Positions 12,998 to 26,893 are shown, counted from the first letter of the whole stretch. The stretch is DNA of 62,158 bases, filler included, from Choristocarpus tenellus KU-1152 (GCA_964200185.2; 5 parts of 5 records of this genome joined end to end with filler, not necessarily neighbours in it); one strand, 5' to 3'. Notes: generated by a model not told the origin, from the sequence alone. Program-made: numbers and translations.

Positions 12998-13849
12998 GTA
13001 GGGGGTAGGCATGGAGGGCCGTGTAAAACAGCCACTCAGGATCTGTTGGAGAGTGCTGTGGCATTACTCATGGATGGGTGTCACAGTTTATAGGGGGTTT
13101 TCTTGTGTGATATCTGATCAAAAGGCTTGTTCTTCCCTATGCAACCAGAATGTGGGGGGCGTTTTAGTTGTTGAAGTTACTCTTGCATTGAGCTTACTAT
13201 GGAACCTCTGTTGGCTGCCTTCAATGGTGGCATGGAAACCTCCTCCAGCATTGTATGTCCATGGATAGAGAGGTAAGGAACAAGCTTTGAAATCAACTCT
13301 TGTGGAACACAGCCGCTGTTTCTCCATGTTCTACTCAGCCTGATTGAGGGAATGCAGAAAGTGCAACGATCAACCAACCACCCTGCAGGCAGCTCGTATC
13401 CCCAGTTTATTTTTTGTTTGCTTGTGCTTTCATCGCCAGGAGTTTATGAAACCCTGTGCCTGTTTGGTTGGCGAGGCAGTATTTGAATGGAAATATAAAA
13501 ACATATATTTATATATGTGTGTGTGTGCACATGGAAATCTTCTTGTACAACCAAGTGCGTTGTACTTAAAAGTACCACCATTTTGTCCAGTTACCAACCT
13601 TTTCCGCAATGAAATTCTCTGTTGTTTATCGGGAGTAATATTTACCAGTTTTATGGTGGACCCTGCTAAAAAACGTTCTCCCTGGTTCCCACCGGTGATC
13701 ACCAGTGAAAGAAGCTTGATCCTTGTGAGAGGGGAATGAGGGTTTAGTATTGTGCACTACAGAATTTTGTTTGAAACAACTGCCTGAGGAAGGCAATTAT
13801 ATCGCACATGTTATTCATGTTGGAGGTGGTGTCATGTGTCAAGAAGAGG

Positions 13850-14600
13850 ATGTATGCAGATTTACCCTAGGTACTTGGAATATGATAATAGTGTGTTCTA
13901 ACCATACTAGGGTTTTGTTTTCAAGTCTTACAGTGGGTTCATGGTTGACCTGTCAAATAACTGCTTCAAAGTATTGACTGTTAGAACTGTGGGAGTACAG
14001 TGTGCAGCAACTAAAGTCTCCATGAACAGCCCATAGTGGCAAGGCATACAAATTGGTGACACATATCAGCCTACCAACACTGTCCAGGCAAAACAGAGAT
14101 ACAGGGTGAGGTTGGTCCAACGCATGACTACTGTACTTGGTTATTTAGTCCTAGAAGGTTCAATTGAGAAACTGAAAATACCAACAGGTTTGTCCCACCA
14201 CTGTCCTATCAAGCAAAATCATCAATCTTACAAAGTGGGGCGTGGATTGGAATATCAGCCACAGTAACATTTCCCATTCAAGAGAATTTGGTTTTGATGG
14301 TCCATACATGGACTGTGTTGCCCAGTGGTCTGCTACCTGACCAATGGTTGTGTGATGAAACTATTGTTGCAGCCAATGGCACTGTGAAAAATAGTTGAAT
14401 TCCCAGTTGGAGTTTGATGCACTGGCTCTTAAGCACACTAAAGGGAGAAGAAGTAACAGAGCATCACACAAGGAAGACAATACAGACTACAAAATCTGGA
14501 ATGTGAAGTGTGGAGGAAATTTGTCAACCAATGGACTGACTGACTCAACCTGTTGGAGAAGCAAGGCACTAACCTGTTTGTACAGCTGTTTGAATGTACT
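13850..14600 (+). mobile_element. Degenerate LINE endonuclease (APE) remnant
   Basis: Interrupted frames give RFTLGTWNM (cf. GTWNV), LNSQL (cf. GDLNAR) and NG-L...NLLEKQG (cf. NG..LL.F) in the expected order. Confidence 0.35.
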
Positions 14601-15384
14601 TCAGGTAGGACACCAATGAGGTGCAGAAAATAATATGAACTCAATTTATGGACAAAGTCGCATTTTTGGTAGTGTAGTGCATTGTGGTGATTAGATGATG
14701 TCACGGTTACTTCATTGAAGCTTGAAGTTGAGGAGAAATGATCTCCTTTCTTTCTCTCACACATCTGCTCGCTTTGCCTCATGCTTGAGGTGCAGGATTC
14801 ATTTTTTTTTTTATTCAAGTCAATTCATTTTCATTTCATTTTCAAAATCATTCATTGCACTCTATGCCGTCTCTTACAGTGAGGGAAAAAAAAGTTAAAA
14901 CTATTTTGTGGACATATTATTATGTTTTTAACATTCTGTATTTTACATGGCAAATCACATTATTTGTTCCTTTGTTCTTCATTGCACTGCCTTGAAATTG
15001 CAAGCAATACATGTCTGTTCTTTACTCTTTTATGCTCTACACGTATCAAAAATTCTGTCTAAAAAAGATTTGGTATTTAAAGAATGATAACTCCACCCTC
15101 ACTCTTCAGGGTCACCCCTTCAGCCACGTAATCTACGATCTTCCCTGAGCAAAACATGAGCATAAATTCATCTCAAACATTTGAAGAGATGTGCTTCTGG
15201 CAATGAAGAAAGATCAAAAGAAAAGTGTCAAGTCCAAATTTCCTTCACTGAGGGGATACTCTTCCTTACAAACCTTAGTTCACCTCACCTCATTTGCCAG
15301 TAGGTTCATCTTGTTCATTAAAACGTTCCTAAGTAAATCAAGTTTTTAATAAGATATCTTCCAGTCCACAATACCAGTAGCGAT

Positions 15385-15600
15385 ATTAAACCGATAACAA
15401 GAACATCGATATAAACACATCCTTGAGGTGAAGGATGCACTACACCACCTCATTAAGGTATATCTAATGGAGGTGATGTTGAGGAAATATACCAAAGAAG
15501 TCCACGAGGAGCTTTACCAGGATCGAACTGCATTGCCCTAAAGGCTACACACTAATTGATTTGAACACATTGTAGTCACTCATCAAAGGGGTGTGATGAT
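15385..15600 (-). mobile_element. Degenerate LTR-type (Gypsy/DIRS-like) reverse transcriptase remnant
   Basis: IITP...MQFDPGKAP (cf. MPFGL.NAP)...CVYIDVLVIG (cf. YIDDILI) in the correct order, with disruptions. Confidence 0.35.
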
Positions 15601-16310
15601 CCGGTTGATTATACCAAATCATCTCTTATCACTTTCAAAATCGAGGTACTTCAGGGGCAATTGCTTGAAGTAGGGTCACCTTCATCATCACAATCGATAT
15701 TCCAGAACAAAATTTCCATCTTTTAGCATCGGGATACACTTTAAAAGTAATGTTCTTGACTGGTATGAACCATATGCATGCTAGAGATCTTTCAGATGCC
15801 ACTGTTTCAAGTCTGTGGAGTGTACTCTCTATGCACCACTGAACACTGGGAAAGCAATAACGTAACCCTTGTTGGACACAGTCACATGAAATACTATTCA
15901 ACAACAAACCAACTGCCATGCCCAGTAGTCCCATATATACCACATGTACATTGAACCAAGAGCTCACCATCTCAAGCCATGGTAGGGACTCAGGTTGAGC
16001 AGAGACTTGATGTCAATAATAATTGCAGCATGCAATGACAACAAAATATGTACGAGCAATTGAACAGCTCCTCAATGTCCATCAGGGGCACAACTTCACA
16101 GTAAGTCCCAATCATGTTTTTCTCTTTTTTATAATTTTATAGTTAATTAGGCAAACCCCGTGTTCTGCAGCGAGAAAATCCGCTGCTGCTACTGCTGCTG
16201 ATACTAAGCCACTCTGGAACAACCACCATCAACCTCACCCCATCACTCCAACAAACAGAGAGGGAACGCATGACTGAGCCCAGTCCTCCAGAAACTGCTC
16301 AACAACAATA

Positions 16311-18759
16311 TTACTTCCGGCCACCAGCTGCCACAATCTTGCCACGGCGCCCTGTGGTCTTAGTGTGCTGCCCACGCACACGCACACCCCAGTAGTGACG
16401 GATACCACGGTGGGAACTGCGAGAAAAAAAAGTAAGACATTTTCAGTTTGGATGACAACATCATCAGGGGAGGAATTGCAAGGAGAAATCAGTTATAGCT
16501 AGCACAAAAAAGATGAAGCGCACGTCCTTAACTTTAACAAGGAGAACCCTCAGTGCACACTGACCAAAGAAGAGACTATCGGGGTGACTGGTCAGCATGT
16601 AGACATAACATCGCCGTGGTTGTTTTCACTTTACTCTTGCTTTGCAACAAGTATATGACTTACAGCCCCCATTGGTTTGCCCGGAGATGGGAAGGGATAC
16701 ATTGAGGCTTACCGAATCTTCTTCAGTCGCTCGAGGTCATCACGCAGCTTGGCATCAATGCTCTGTGAGGAGATCTGGGAGAACTTTCCCGTCTTCCAGT
16801 CCTTCTGCCTGTTCAAGAACCAGTCAGGGATCTTGAACTGACGGGGGGTTAGGATAATCGCCACCAGCTTCTCAATCTCATCTGCAGTAAGCTCACCAGC
16901 CCTGAGCAAACACAGGGTAAGCAAGGACATTCCAATCACAAAAAAGGTGTGAAAAGGGTGCGTAGACGTGCTTGATGTTGTTTTAAGTTGAGAGAGGCAG
17001 AGTACATCAGATCTGAAACCAAGAACTGAGGTTAATAAATCTCGACACAGAGCAACTGTCCGTAAAAAGCAGCCAGAAATACCAAGTACGCCCAGAAATG
17101 TTGTACAGATTAGTGTCAGGTACTTCTTAAAACCAAAGAGCTTTAACCAATGCCCCAAATAGAGATCACCTCAAACATGTATCTATATACTTGTCCCTTC
17201 ACCACTACTGGGTGTCAGTGCAATATCGAAAATTAATGAAGGTGAAAAAAAACAAAGATCAGCCAAACAAGTAACAGCTGTTTAATTGATGTCAACTCAT
17301 CTAGGCCTGTTTTAGGTGGGAAAACTCTGGAAAGGCTTGACTCTCAGTTGAAATAAAAGATGTGCAAGCATTCATAAGGCAACCATTCATCTATTCAAAC
17401 TAGCTGGACTGGAAAGTGCTTCAACTTATAAAGTATCAACTTCAACATCGTACCTCACGCCACTTGTAGAGGGAAGACAATTCAACATTAGCAATCATTG
17501 ACATGCCACACTCTTGAGTATGCTACATATAATCCAAATTTCCGTCGATTATTAGCCCTTCAAAGTCAGCTGGTACATCCCTATTTGAACCACACACCAT
17601 AGAAAGTGTGACAAAATAAATATTTTGAGTTACGGGCTGTCAGGCTTCTCAACACCTCACTGACCTCACCCCAAGTCTCAGGTCACTTATGGAATGGAGT
17701 ATGTGAAACTCAAAAGTGTCAAATTATGTTCCCATTACCTTCACCACACTACAACCACCGGTCTTACTGTTACCCCATTAATCCTCTCAGAAGTCATGAC
17801 TGGAACGAGTTGCATGCCTCAAGGTCCAGTATGTATTTGACATTTCACAGTGCCACCAATTGGGTGCATTCCTATCATAAAAATCAGCAGCAAATTCACA
17901 AAGCTCTCACTAGAAGTCCAGGATTCAAGAGTGTTATGTTCTAGACACAGTTGAACATGTCTCCACTGTTGCATTTTCCATGAACGCTTATATATTTCCA
18001 TCCCACGCCCACATCCCTCCTCCACGTCTCCTCTCTGGCGGCTGACCAGCCCCTATTACTCCATTCATCCCTTTCCCTTGGCATTCCCAATAAGGAATTA
18101 AATTAGACTGCAAGGTACAGCAGGTCAAAGTCACTGAGATCTATATTCTCCCAAAAAGGGGACCAAGATCACGATGACTTTTCGACAAGCCGGTCACATA
18201 TTGACTCTGTCTACGACATTTTGTCTGTAACAAGGTTTCTTAGTATTAGATATTTTTCCACACAGTATCAATCACAGGGTAGGTCGGAGACTTGACTGTG
18301 TACGCTTCACCTTTTGTTGGGGTCGACTTCCGCCTTCTTACAGATGAGATTAGCAAAGCGGCGACCCACACCCTTGATGGAGGTTAGAGAGTACTGGACC
18401 TGTCGGCATGTGCGTAGGGATCATCGGGCAAGAGCGTAAGGGTATCTTTATGAACTCAAGAAATTTGAAATCCCACAATGTGCCCCATCTTGATGGATGG
18501 ACAATTCTGCACCTAGTGCGTGGTAGTAAAGCATGTAGATTGCACAGAAACCACGGAACTTGAGGTACTCATCAAGGACATAGGTTTGCTGAACTACCTA
18601 GAATACACGCAAAAGAGTATGTTCTTGTCGCAATCTTTTGTATCCGCAGCGAAGGAGAAGCTATCTAGTGTCATGTCTTAGCCTTACCTTACGCCTGCCA
18701 TCGATGTTGGTATTGAGAATACGCAGAATATGCTGAAATTCCTGGGAGATGACGAGAGA
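16311..18759 (-). CDS. RPS18: 40S ribosomal protein S18 (uS13)
   Basis: Exons 18759-18688, 18399-18311, 16901-16713 and 16416-16311 splice in phase: [59 protein letters not shown]...[11 protein letters not shown]...[46 protein letters not shown]. The ATG sits on an upstream exon (candidates ATG|GT at 19046-19044 or 19148-19146). Confidence 0.98.
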
Positions 18760-20224
18760 CTGGTCGTCACAACAGAAGAGCATTCGAAGAGAATTTTAAA
18801 GAAGGTAGAGAGAAAGGTGCGCGGGTCATCAATGTGGGCATAGATAAAGTCATGAATTGACCTTGATCCTCTAGTCACAGTTTGTTGACATATTGGCTTA
18901 GCGAGCACCACCCCAATCGCATAATCAGCACAGTTGTTGTGTATCTTCGGCTATGAATTTAACGAGTACATTTCTAGCACGAAAAACGGACCACCTACTA
19001 TTACAGAACAGGTGCAAGATCCACAGACTCAGGTCAGCTTTACCATATTCACAAGGTTGTCCTTACAGGTCTCCACACTGGTTTTACTACCACTCGTCTG
19101 TATATGTTCTCTTTTGCACTACATTCGACAGTCTGCAACACCCACCATGACTGTCCCTCTGGCCTCCTCCTGTACCACACCTCCACCTAGACAGTGACAC
19201 GGGGTTGTGATAAACACAAAACCCTTGGTCCCACAGCCATTGGAGGTGATCAACCCAAAAAAAAAAATGTCTTCTTTCTCATAACACTAAGTTGGCGTTT
19301 CTATTAGGTTGAATTTGATGTTGTGGTTAAAAAAAAAATCCCAACAAAGTGAGGGCTAGAGGGTAGCCCAACGAATCATGACAGACATGGATCGTTTGTG
19401 CCGAATACTGTCCTGGGACATACGGCCCCTGGTTCTTGATTTGATTTCTCAGGTCTTCAGGTTCATGCGCGACACCTATCATACAAGAGTACAGCCTACA
19501 ACTCCAAGGAATAAACAAAATCGCAAAAAATCGCAGTATACTTTTAACTTGGTCTCTTCTCCAGAATAACACTTGTAAGTTTGGAAGAAGTACATAAGCT
19601 CAAAAGGCAGCAAGTCGGAAGGCACCCGAATCAGATGTCATGTCTCAGTGCATAGGAAACAAGTACTCCCCGATCATGAGTTACCAATCCTGTCCAGAAG
19701 CGAGATGGAAAGACCTCGTCAACCCCATCGATGAACAGGAAAGTTATCGGGCGACTTCCTATGTTTAGACCACCGAATATCTCCTCCGTTCTTTTTTTAT
19801 TTTGGCAAGAACCTCCTCACGTCAACACACCTACTTTGCAGATAGTTAAATAAGTAAAAGTACTGTAAATGAACCACTGTTCTCCTTCGAATTTAAAAAA
19901 AAGGTGCAAGATCTGTCCACCACAGGTGATGCGATGCATCGCATCTGACATCAGAAACACCCTCAACCAAAGCAGAGCAACGAAGGATCTACAAGACCGA
20001 AGATTTGCCACTATTGTAGAGGGCACATGTGGTAGGTATATACATGTGCAGAACATATCCCATTATACACAATAATGTAGCTGCATGACTTCAAACAACG
20101 ATTTTGATTACACATCCGAGATTCGATTTTATCTTTTCTCAATATATCAACTCATACGCATTGCTTCCACAACCGTAGAGGGCTAGGTGACCTGTTTCTT
20201 GGTCCAAATCAGATGTACTCCAAG

Positions 20225-20400
20225 TAGTGTAGATCAATGAAGAGGATACATACAGGCCCATTCACGCTTCCCAAGTCAAGAAGAAACCTTTCTTCAAAGT
20301 ATTCTGTAAGTGCCCAGTCTGCTACGACAACAGTGTGCTCGTAGGGTGTTGTGCTCATATGTATGAGTAGGGGGCTTTCCCTGAGAGTTGTCCATGTAAG
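20225..20400 (-). mobile_element. Degenerate LINE (RTE-like) reverse transcriptase remnant
   Basis: LTEYFEERFLL...PVCILFIDL resembles LS.Y.E...LLPE.Q ... PL...FIDL.KA.D, with an internal deletion. Confidence 0.35.
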
Positions 20401-21992
20401 GTGCAGGAGACAATGGATCATTTTCTTTGTAGCAACCCCTCACCTGCCAGGACTGGCTATGCTGCCCGTATCATATGTTCTTCAGAAAAGCTAGTGGGGC
20501 TTCCCACAGAATTCAATTGCTTCCCCTCATTTTACCACTGTAGCAGCTATATCGCAGCCAACAGTCCTCAGTGTTTTGTACTGCACGAAGTATGCACTGC
20601 AGAGGAATGGTCTGCATACTGGGATTGTATGAAGACTGCCACAGAGAACCTTGGACTCAGTTGTAGTAGCAGGTAGTACCATCTGTGTGGTAGTACATTG
20701 GAGTATGGGGACTGTATTGTTGATATTTGATATCATTGGTCCAATAATCCTCGATCTGGATGATATATTTTGTGCACAACCACTGAAAATGTCTTCATTT
20801 CTTGAATATGTCCTCTAATGACTCTCATCATCTACCTCACTCCAGAGTGGATGTGGCAGGTGCATCAGTCAACCATGTCCACTCCAGATCAGCCCTGATT
20901 TCGTGTCACAACTCTGCAGTCCTTCTACAACCATATCTCATATTGCATCTCCTTCCCAATGTCAAGGCACTCTTGTCACGCACAGTTGTGCACACTCCAC
21001 CATGAGACACTGCTTTTGCCAGCAAAGCTTATGCTATGGCATGGGGCTTGAAACAATTTTCTCCTTATCTAGTACATGAGATGCCTTAAGCGTGCGATAA
21101 TTGGTAACGATCCAAATTTGGGTGACTAACCAAATTTCTGTATAGCCTAGGACCGTATCAGCATCTACTTTTAAGGCTTTCCTCAACTGCACAATCCCAC
21201 ACACACGCATCAACAACAAAAAATGTGTTATAAGCTGAAATGATACATAAAGTACACTTCATCACTGGTACAGCCTAAGGTGTAACACTCAAACACACAT
21301 CACATGTGCGAAAATATATTTTGGCAACGGCTCATCCCTCGGACCTGTTTGGGTAATGTTTGCGAGGGTTGCAAAGGATCCACACATCACACCATAGCGA
21401 GTTGTTGCCCTCACATTGAACTGTGTACTCTCTACTTTCCCTTTTGGAAGGCGTAGGTAAACTTCTGTATCTCGCTGCACTCTTCTACATTTCAACCTTT
21501 CCATGTGTGTATTTACACATTATAGTATTATTTGTAGATAATCCTACAATTGGACTGTTTTGAAACTTAGCACTATTTTCAAAATTACTCCCTATGACGA
21601 GTCACTCCAGACTTCAAGGTACATAGTAGTTATTAGCAAAGCCAAGGGTTATTGCACTGTTCTCTTAGGGGGTATTCAGGTGAACGTTGACATCAAGAAA
21701 ACCCATGCTAACCCCCTTCCGTCACATCTTTTTGGAGGACGTTTTGGAGGAGTGGTTGCTTCTATTTGAAGGGGATATATTTGGGAGTGTTGGACAAGTA
21801 TGATGACGGGATACGTTGGTTCTGGAGGAGAGACCATGGTAGGGGTAACAAGTATTTTACGGGGCATGGGTATGTGTCACATTCGGAAATGAGTATCGAG
21901 TGTATAAGGAGGGTGATAGAGTCTCAGTTATTAACCAAAATATATACAATATAGATTATAATATATGTACGACTCACTAAACCAATAAGATA

Positions 21993-22082
21993 ACGACGTT
22001 GATGTAGGGGTAATATATATCTCTTCAAAGGTTATGCCTGAGGTTCAAGTCCCCGTTGTCGTCGGTTGACTGGTACTTTTTA
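21993..22082 (+). pseudogene. Degenerate tRNA-like element (tRNA pseudogene or SINE head)
   Basis: ACGACG pairs with TGTCGT as an acceptor stem; A-box-like TTGATGTAGGGG; B-box GGTTCAAGTCC; loop CTTCAAA; downstream T6 run. Several stem mismatches. Confidence 0.4.
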
Positions 22083-22219
22083 CGAGTTGATGACATGATG
22101 AGCATTATCATTTTCTTGAATTATCCCATTTACGGTCACAACCTGTTGGTATGTTCTCAATTACCCTTAACTCTGAAGAATTGTATTATGGAACCACTAG
22201 TTGATCCCTGTTCCCAGCA

Positions 22220-22375
22220 GCATGTTGAAACAGTTGAGGGTCATGGGCTAGGACATGTTCGAACTTGGTTATATGCAGGCTCAGCATATAGCCTCGGTCA
22301 TGTTGAGTCAGCCATGTTCGAACTTGATTGTACCTAGACGGCCCAGTCATGTTGAAGTAGCGACTGCGATGGGCT
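22220..22375. repeat. Diverged inverted relative of the 71-bp repeat at 28141
   Basis: Contains catgttcgaact and gtcatgttgaagtag, reverse complements of agttcaaacatg and ctacttcaacatgac. Confidence 0.5.
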
Positions 22376-22813
22376 CAACTATACTATAATATTTTATATT
22401 ATCTCGGTCAGGTACTATTTTTTGCCACACAGACCAGCCACATCCTGTCCATGGTTCCCCATTCACCATTCACCTCACATATTGCATCCTACAGTATTAC
22501 TAGTGTATGTGAATAATGTGATTCTGTGGTGGCATGGTTTACTGGGGAAAGGGTGGTAAGGAGAATCACACAGCAAGACGCACTGGACGTAACCGAGAGG
22601 ACAAGGTTAAGATTGGTCAAAGTGCAAAAACAGAGAATTGCAGAGAATTCTAGACCTGGGGGGACCATCAGAAATGTCAGGATGTGACAATAAATATAAT
22701 CTTTGGTGTTGGACATCTCCAATTGTAGGGATATCCACTACTTGTGGAATTGATCTCTTTAAAATATCTCATGAAAGATCCTCAACTGAGCCGAAGGTAG
22801 CGAAAAGTACCTA

Positions 22814-22992
22814 GGCTCAAAGTATCTGGGGGGGGGGGTGGCGACTGTCCGTTTGGGGCCAATTTTTTCATGTCGTGATTTTTGGGTGATTTAATTCCAT
22901 ACGTTGGATGGATATGGTAAGTGCACTTCTCCTGTTATGACCCAAATGGACACCCGGATGTAGACCTCCCCCACCCCCAGATACTTTGGGTC
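22814..22992 (+). mobile_element. MITE family A (PIF/Harbinger, Tourist-like), 179 bp
   Basis: TIRs GGCTCAAAGTATCTGGGGG...CCCCCAGATACTTTGGGTC with a 3-bp CTA duplication on both sides; a homologous inverted copy lies at 39293. Confidence 0.85.
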
Positions 22993-23797
22993 CTAGACTG
23001 GGATAAGGATGTCAGGAAAAAATATACAAAATTTGATATTTTTTACAAACGCGTAGAGAGGATTTTTTCCGAATTGTGTCGAAATATTTCAAACAAATTT
23101 AGAACTAAATCCATAGAAATATGAACGAATTGGAATAGATTGAAAATTTGGTTTATAATGAAAAACGGGAAAAACCTGGATACCTCTAGTTTACTTTGAT
23201 TTACTGGGACCCCCGCACCTATCCCAAAGTTCCAACATCCTGCCAGCTCATGATGCCAAGATCACAAGGAGGGCTCAACATGAGATCACACACCTCCTGA
23301 ACAGGATCCGCTTCGACTCCTTTCAGACACAACTAGCCGGCCTACCAAGTCAATAATAACAGGGGAAGGAAAGTTCCTCATTATCCCTAGCACACCACTG
23401 GAGCCAGTGTGGACAAGGGGCAAACACATGGGGCTCAACGCAACCCCTGGAGCCGGCATGCCAGATCCCCCCTATCGAATTCAAGCTCACAGCCAGCAGA
23501 TCCCTAGGGAGGCAAGAGGTGTTACAGGCGAGTAGCGCGAGTATTTCTTCCCGCACTTTAAACGGCACGAGCAGTGTATATACCCGCATAGGGAAACCCC
23601 AAAGGGGAAATTCGATTTGCTAAAAAGTACCTCAATCGGCATAACAGTATATGGCATACTACGGCAATAATGGAATAGCAACAGATAAACATACTTTCCA
23701 CATCTCCCCTCCTTTGATCGGCCTTGAAGCCATTAAAACATGATTCAAGGTCAACCAAAAGTGAGCTCTGGGAGCGGGGTCAAAGTATCTGCGGGGG

Positions 23798-23897
23798 NNN
23801 NNNNNNNNNNNNNNNNNNNNNNNNNNNNNNNNNNNNNNNNNTTAATTAATTAANNNNNNNNNNNNNNNNNNNNNNNNNNNNNNNNNNNNNNNNNNNN
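23798..23897. other. Artificial contig linker (N44-TTAATTAATTAA-N44)
   Basis: Six-frame stop linker, identical at four places. Confidence 0.97.
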
Positions 23898-25496
23898 AAA
23901 AAAAAAAAGGGGGGGGGGGGGGGGAGTGCTCCTTGTTGAAGGGGTTCGATTTAGACAGAGAGTAGTATACACTGTGATTTGAAGTGTTCATATTCTTGAG
24001 TTGTTGTTTTTTTACAGGGATGGGAAAATAAACAAACAAATGGTGTTGTAGTTGGTTGTGTGATGATGTGGTGATGTTGCCCTTAAGTGTATTCTGCATT
24101 TTGTTCACCCCCAACCTATGTGCTACGTAGTATATGGAAGGCATGTTTATTTGTGATCCTCGACTCCTCAGTTTTCTTTTGTAGACCCGAATCAAGTGTT
24201 TGTTCTGAAATCAAGTACCGTTTTGAACTCTTCTTGATTACAGCTCCTGCTAGTTTTCTTGCATAAAGCTTTTCTGACATTTCTGGAGGGGGGGGGGGGG
24301 TTGCGTGGAATGCAGTGAAAAGACTTTTGATTTTAAGAGGTTTTCCTCCTGCCCTTTCAACTTTTTTTTCTTCTATACACTTGGGAATAAATAATAATAA
24401 TATTGTCATAATTTCCATTCCGAGAAACCGATCTCTTTCTCGTGACCAAGATGTGATTTGTTGATGGTGGGTTGAAAGTTTTGTCAAATGTTGATGATGG
24501 GTGGTTTGCCTTGTTTTGTTTTTGACATTTTTATAAACTGCAGTGCAGAAGAAAAATTAAAGGAATTGTATGTATATACTTGGTTGAGTCACTCCATTGC
24601 AAAGGACAAAGGATGGATTCGTCCATTCTTCTCATTACAAATTTTCTTACCTTTTCGATGAACGCCTCCCAATAACTAATGCCCCTTCTTGGTATCCACA
24701 CCCACCCCCATACACCTCCCCCCCTCAGTGATATAGCATAGTAGTGGGTGTGCCCTCTACTTGGGGAGAAGATGGAGATAAGTTCAATAGGAATTTTACC
24801 CTCAGTAGGCAACAGTTGTTGAGTGCTGAGACGATGTGTTGTAGAAGTTCTGGCATGAGATATCCGAATTTTAGTCCCAGAAATCCCTGATCTTTTTTCA
24901 GTAATTCATGCATGAGATGAGATGTCAGCAGGTCTTCCTTTGTCCCCAGTCGATATTCAGTGAAGCCTTCTTTTAAATGGTGAAATAGGGGGGGGGGGGG
25001 GGGGGTTCAATACTTGGGGTTTCTATACTTTTGGGTGGCATTTTTGTTGTCTCTTTCATCGTGTGGAATACACATACACATACACGCGCGCGCGCGCGCG
25101 TTAAAAAGACCTTCAGTTTGTACTGATGTAAGGCCAAGGTGGAGTAGGTAGTATGGTATGAGAGAGGTAGGTGGTGGAGTAGCCAGTGTGGTACAACTGT
25201 TGTGAGTGAAAACAAAGACGACTATATGATAGTTTTTATTTCTCTTATACCATCAGTGATGTACTCATACCGTCATACCATCATACCACCAAATTATTGC
25301 TTGACCTGTCCCTAAACATGATACCGTGGTGAATGTTGGTGAATGTTGGTGATGCAGTGATCTGGTAGAACTTAAGAAGGAAGAGGAGGAGAAAAGTCGA
25401 TGGCAGATGGAGGCGCATGTCCACCCCACCTCACCCTCTGCTCTGTGTACGCCTGGTCCGTCCATGCTTCACCTTATGGTGTGGAAAGGCATTGGT

Positions 25497-25874
25497 TGGT
25501 GTTGTGTTGTGTTGTGTTGTGTGTATTTGTATTTGTATTTGTATTGCGGGTAGTATTGAGGCTATGCTATAGTGGTATGTATGTCTTTATACTTGGGGAA
25601 TTTATGGTGTGTCTTGTTGTGTCTTTATATATCATGTGTTAGTTGTGTGGTGTGATGTATTAGTATATCATGTGTTAGTTGTGTGGTGTTATGCATTAGC
25701 ACGCTGTGTACTGGTGAGTAGGACATAAATGTGTTCACTTAAAGGGGTAATGTAAAAGATGCTGATAGAGAATGAATGGGCTTGCCTGATCAGGGTGTTG
25801 AACACCTCTGCTTTGCTGGCATGCAAAATAGTTGTACTCAAGATATTGTGAAACAAGTGGCAACCTTATGTTAT

Positions 25875-25910
<36 letters not shown>
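25497..25910. repeat. Microsatellite cluster: (GTTGT)n, (GTATTT)n, a ~37-bp direct duplication, (GT)n
   Basis: Direct inspection. Confidence 0.75.
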
Positions 25911-25912
<2 letters not shown>

Positions 25913-26712
25913 CAAAAGAGGTGGGTTTGATTGTGGCTTATTCTTACGTTTGAGTGGGAAGGCGAGCGTGTGAAAAATTATGCTTGAGAAACTCCCCCAA
26001 CAAAAAGGAATGCATGTATACAGATCTGTACATGGACTAAAAGAAAAATTGAGAGGTGATATGTGATTTGCTTTGACAGTTTCATTTTGTTGGTTTGGGT
26101 ATGGCCTTGTTACTTGTCGAGGTTTTTTTGTTCACATTCTGGTTCTCATCTTTTTTTTCAATGGTGTGTGGTGTGCTAGTAGGGGGCATGGTATCGTGTA
26201 ATGGTGTAAAGTGTGTTATAGTTTGTATTTGTTAATGTTGCTGCTAGTGATGGTGCTCTTTGTTTGAGACACAACCGTGCTGTTGCCAATTGTGTTCTAT
26301 TTTTTCCTGTTAGGGAGTGTTACACGAGGGGTTTTGAAGACCCCTCTCATCCAATAGGACGGTGTTGGTTAGACATGCTCCTGTGTTAGTTGCTCTTTTT
26401 TCTTTCCCAGCGCTAAAGATAGCAAAATTTTCTCATTATTTTTTTTGTGAAAACGTTTTTTCATTAGTTGCCAAGATTCTTGTAATACTTTTTTTTTTAC
26501 ATTGATGTGTCGTGTTGTCATTTCATTTTTTTTAAATACGATAACATGTTTTTGCCAATGTGAAAATACCTTGATCGCGTTTGTCACAACAAAAGTATAT
26601 TTCATGGTTCAGTCAAGGCATCATCCACAATATCGGTCTGCTGTTCCCACTTACTCTCCTATTCATACTGTCTGCACATTTTCTGCACTTGATGGAACCT
26701 CTCTCTTTCCTT

Positions 26713-26766
<54 letters not shown>

Positions 26767-26793
26767 ACGCGCCGCGGGCCTAAGCCCCGGCCG

Positions 26794-26893
26794 NNNNNNN
26801 NNNNNNNNNNNNNNNNNNNNNNNNNNNNNNNNNNNNNTTAATTAATTAANNNNNNNNNNNNNNNNNNNNNNNNNNNNNNNNNNNNNNNNNNNN
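26794..26893. other. Artificial contig linker
   Basis: N44-TTAATTAATTAA-N44. Confidence 0.97.

Noticed and set aside
23842-23853. Palindromic TTAATTAATTAA repeated four times inside N runs
   Set aside because: Artificial six-frame stop linker; adjacency across it carries no biological meaning.
26714-26766. Long poly-C run giving poly-proline ORFs
   Set aside because: Homopolymer at a contig end, probably a sequencing artefact or simple repeat.
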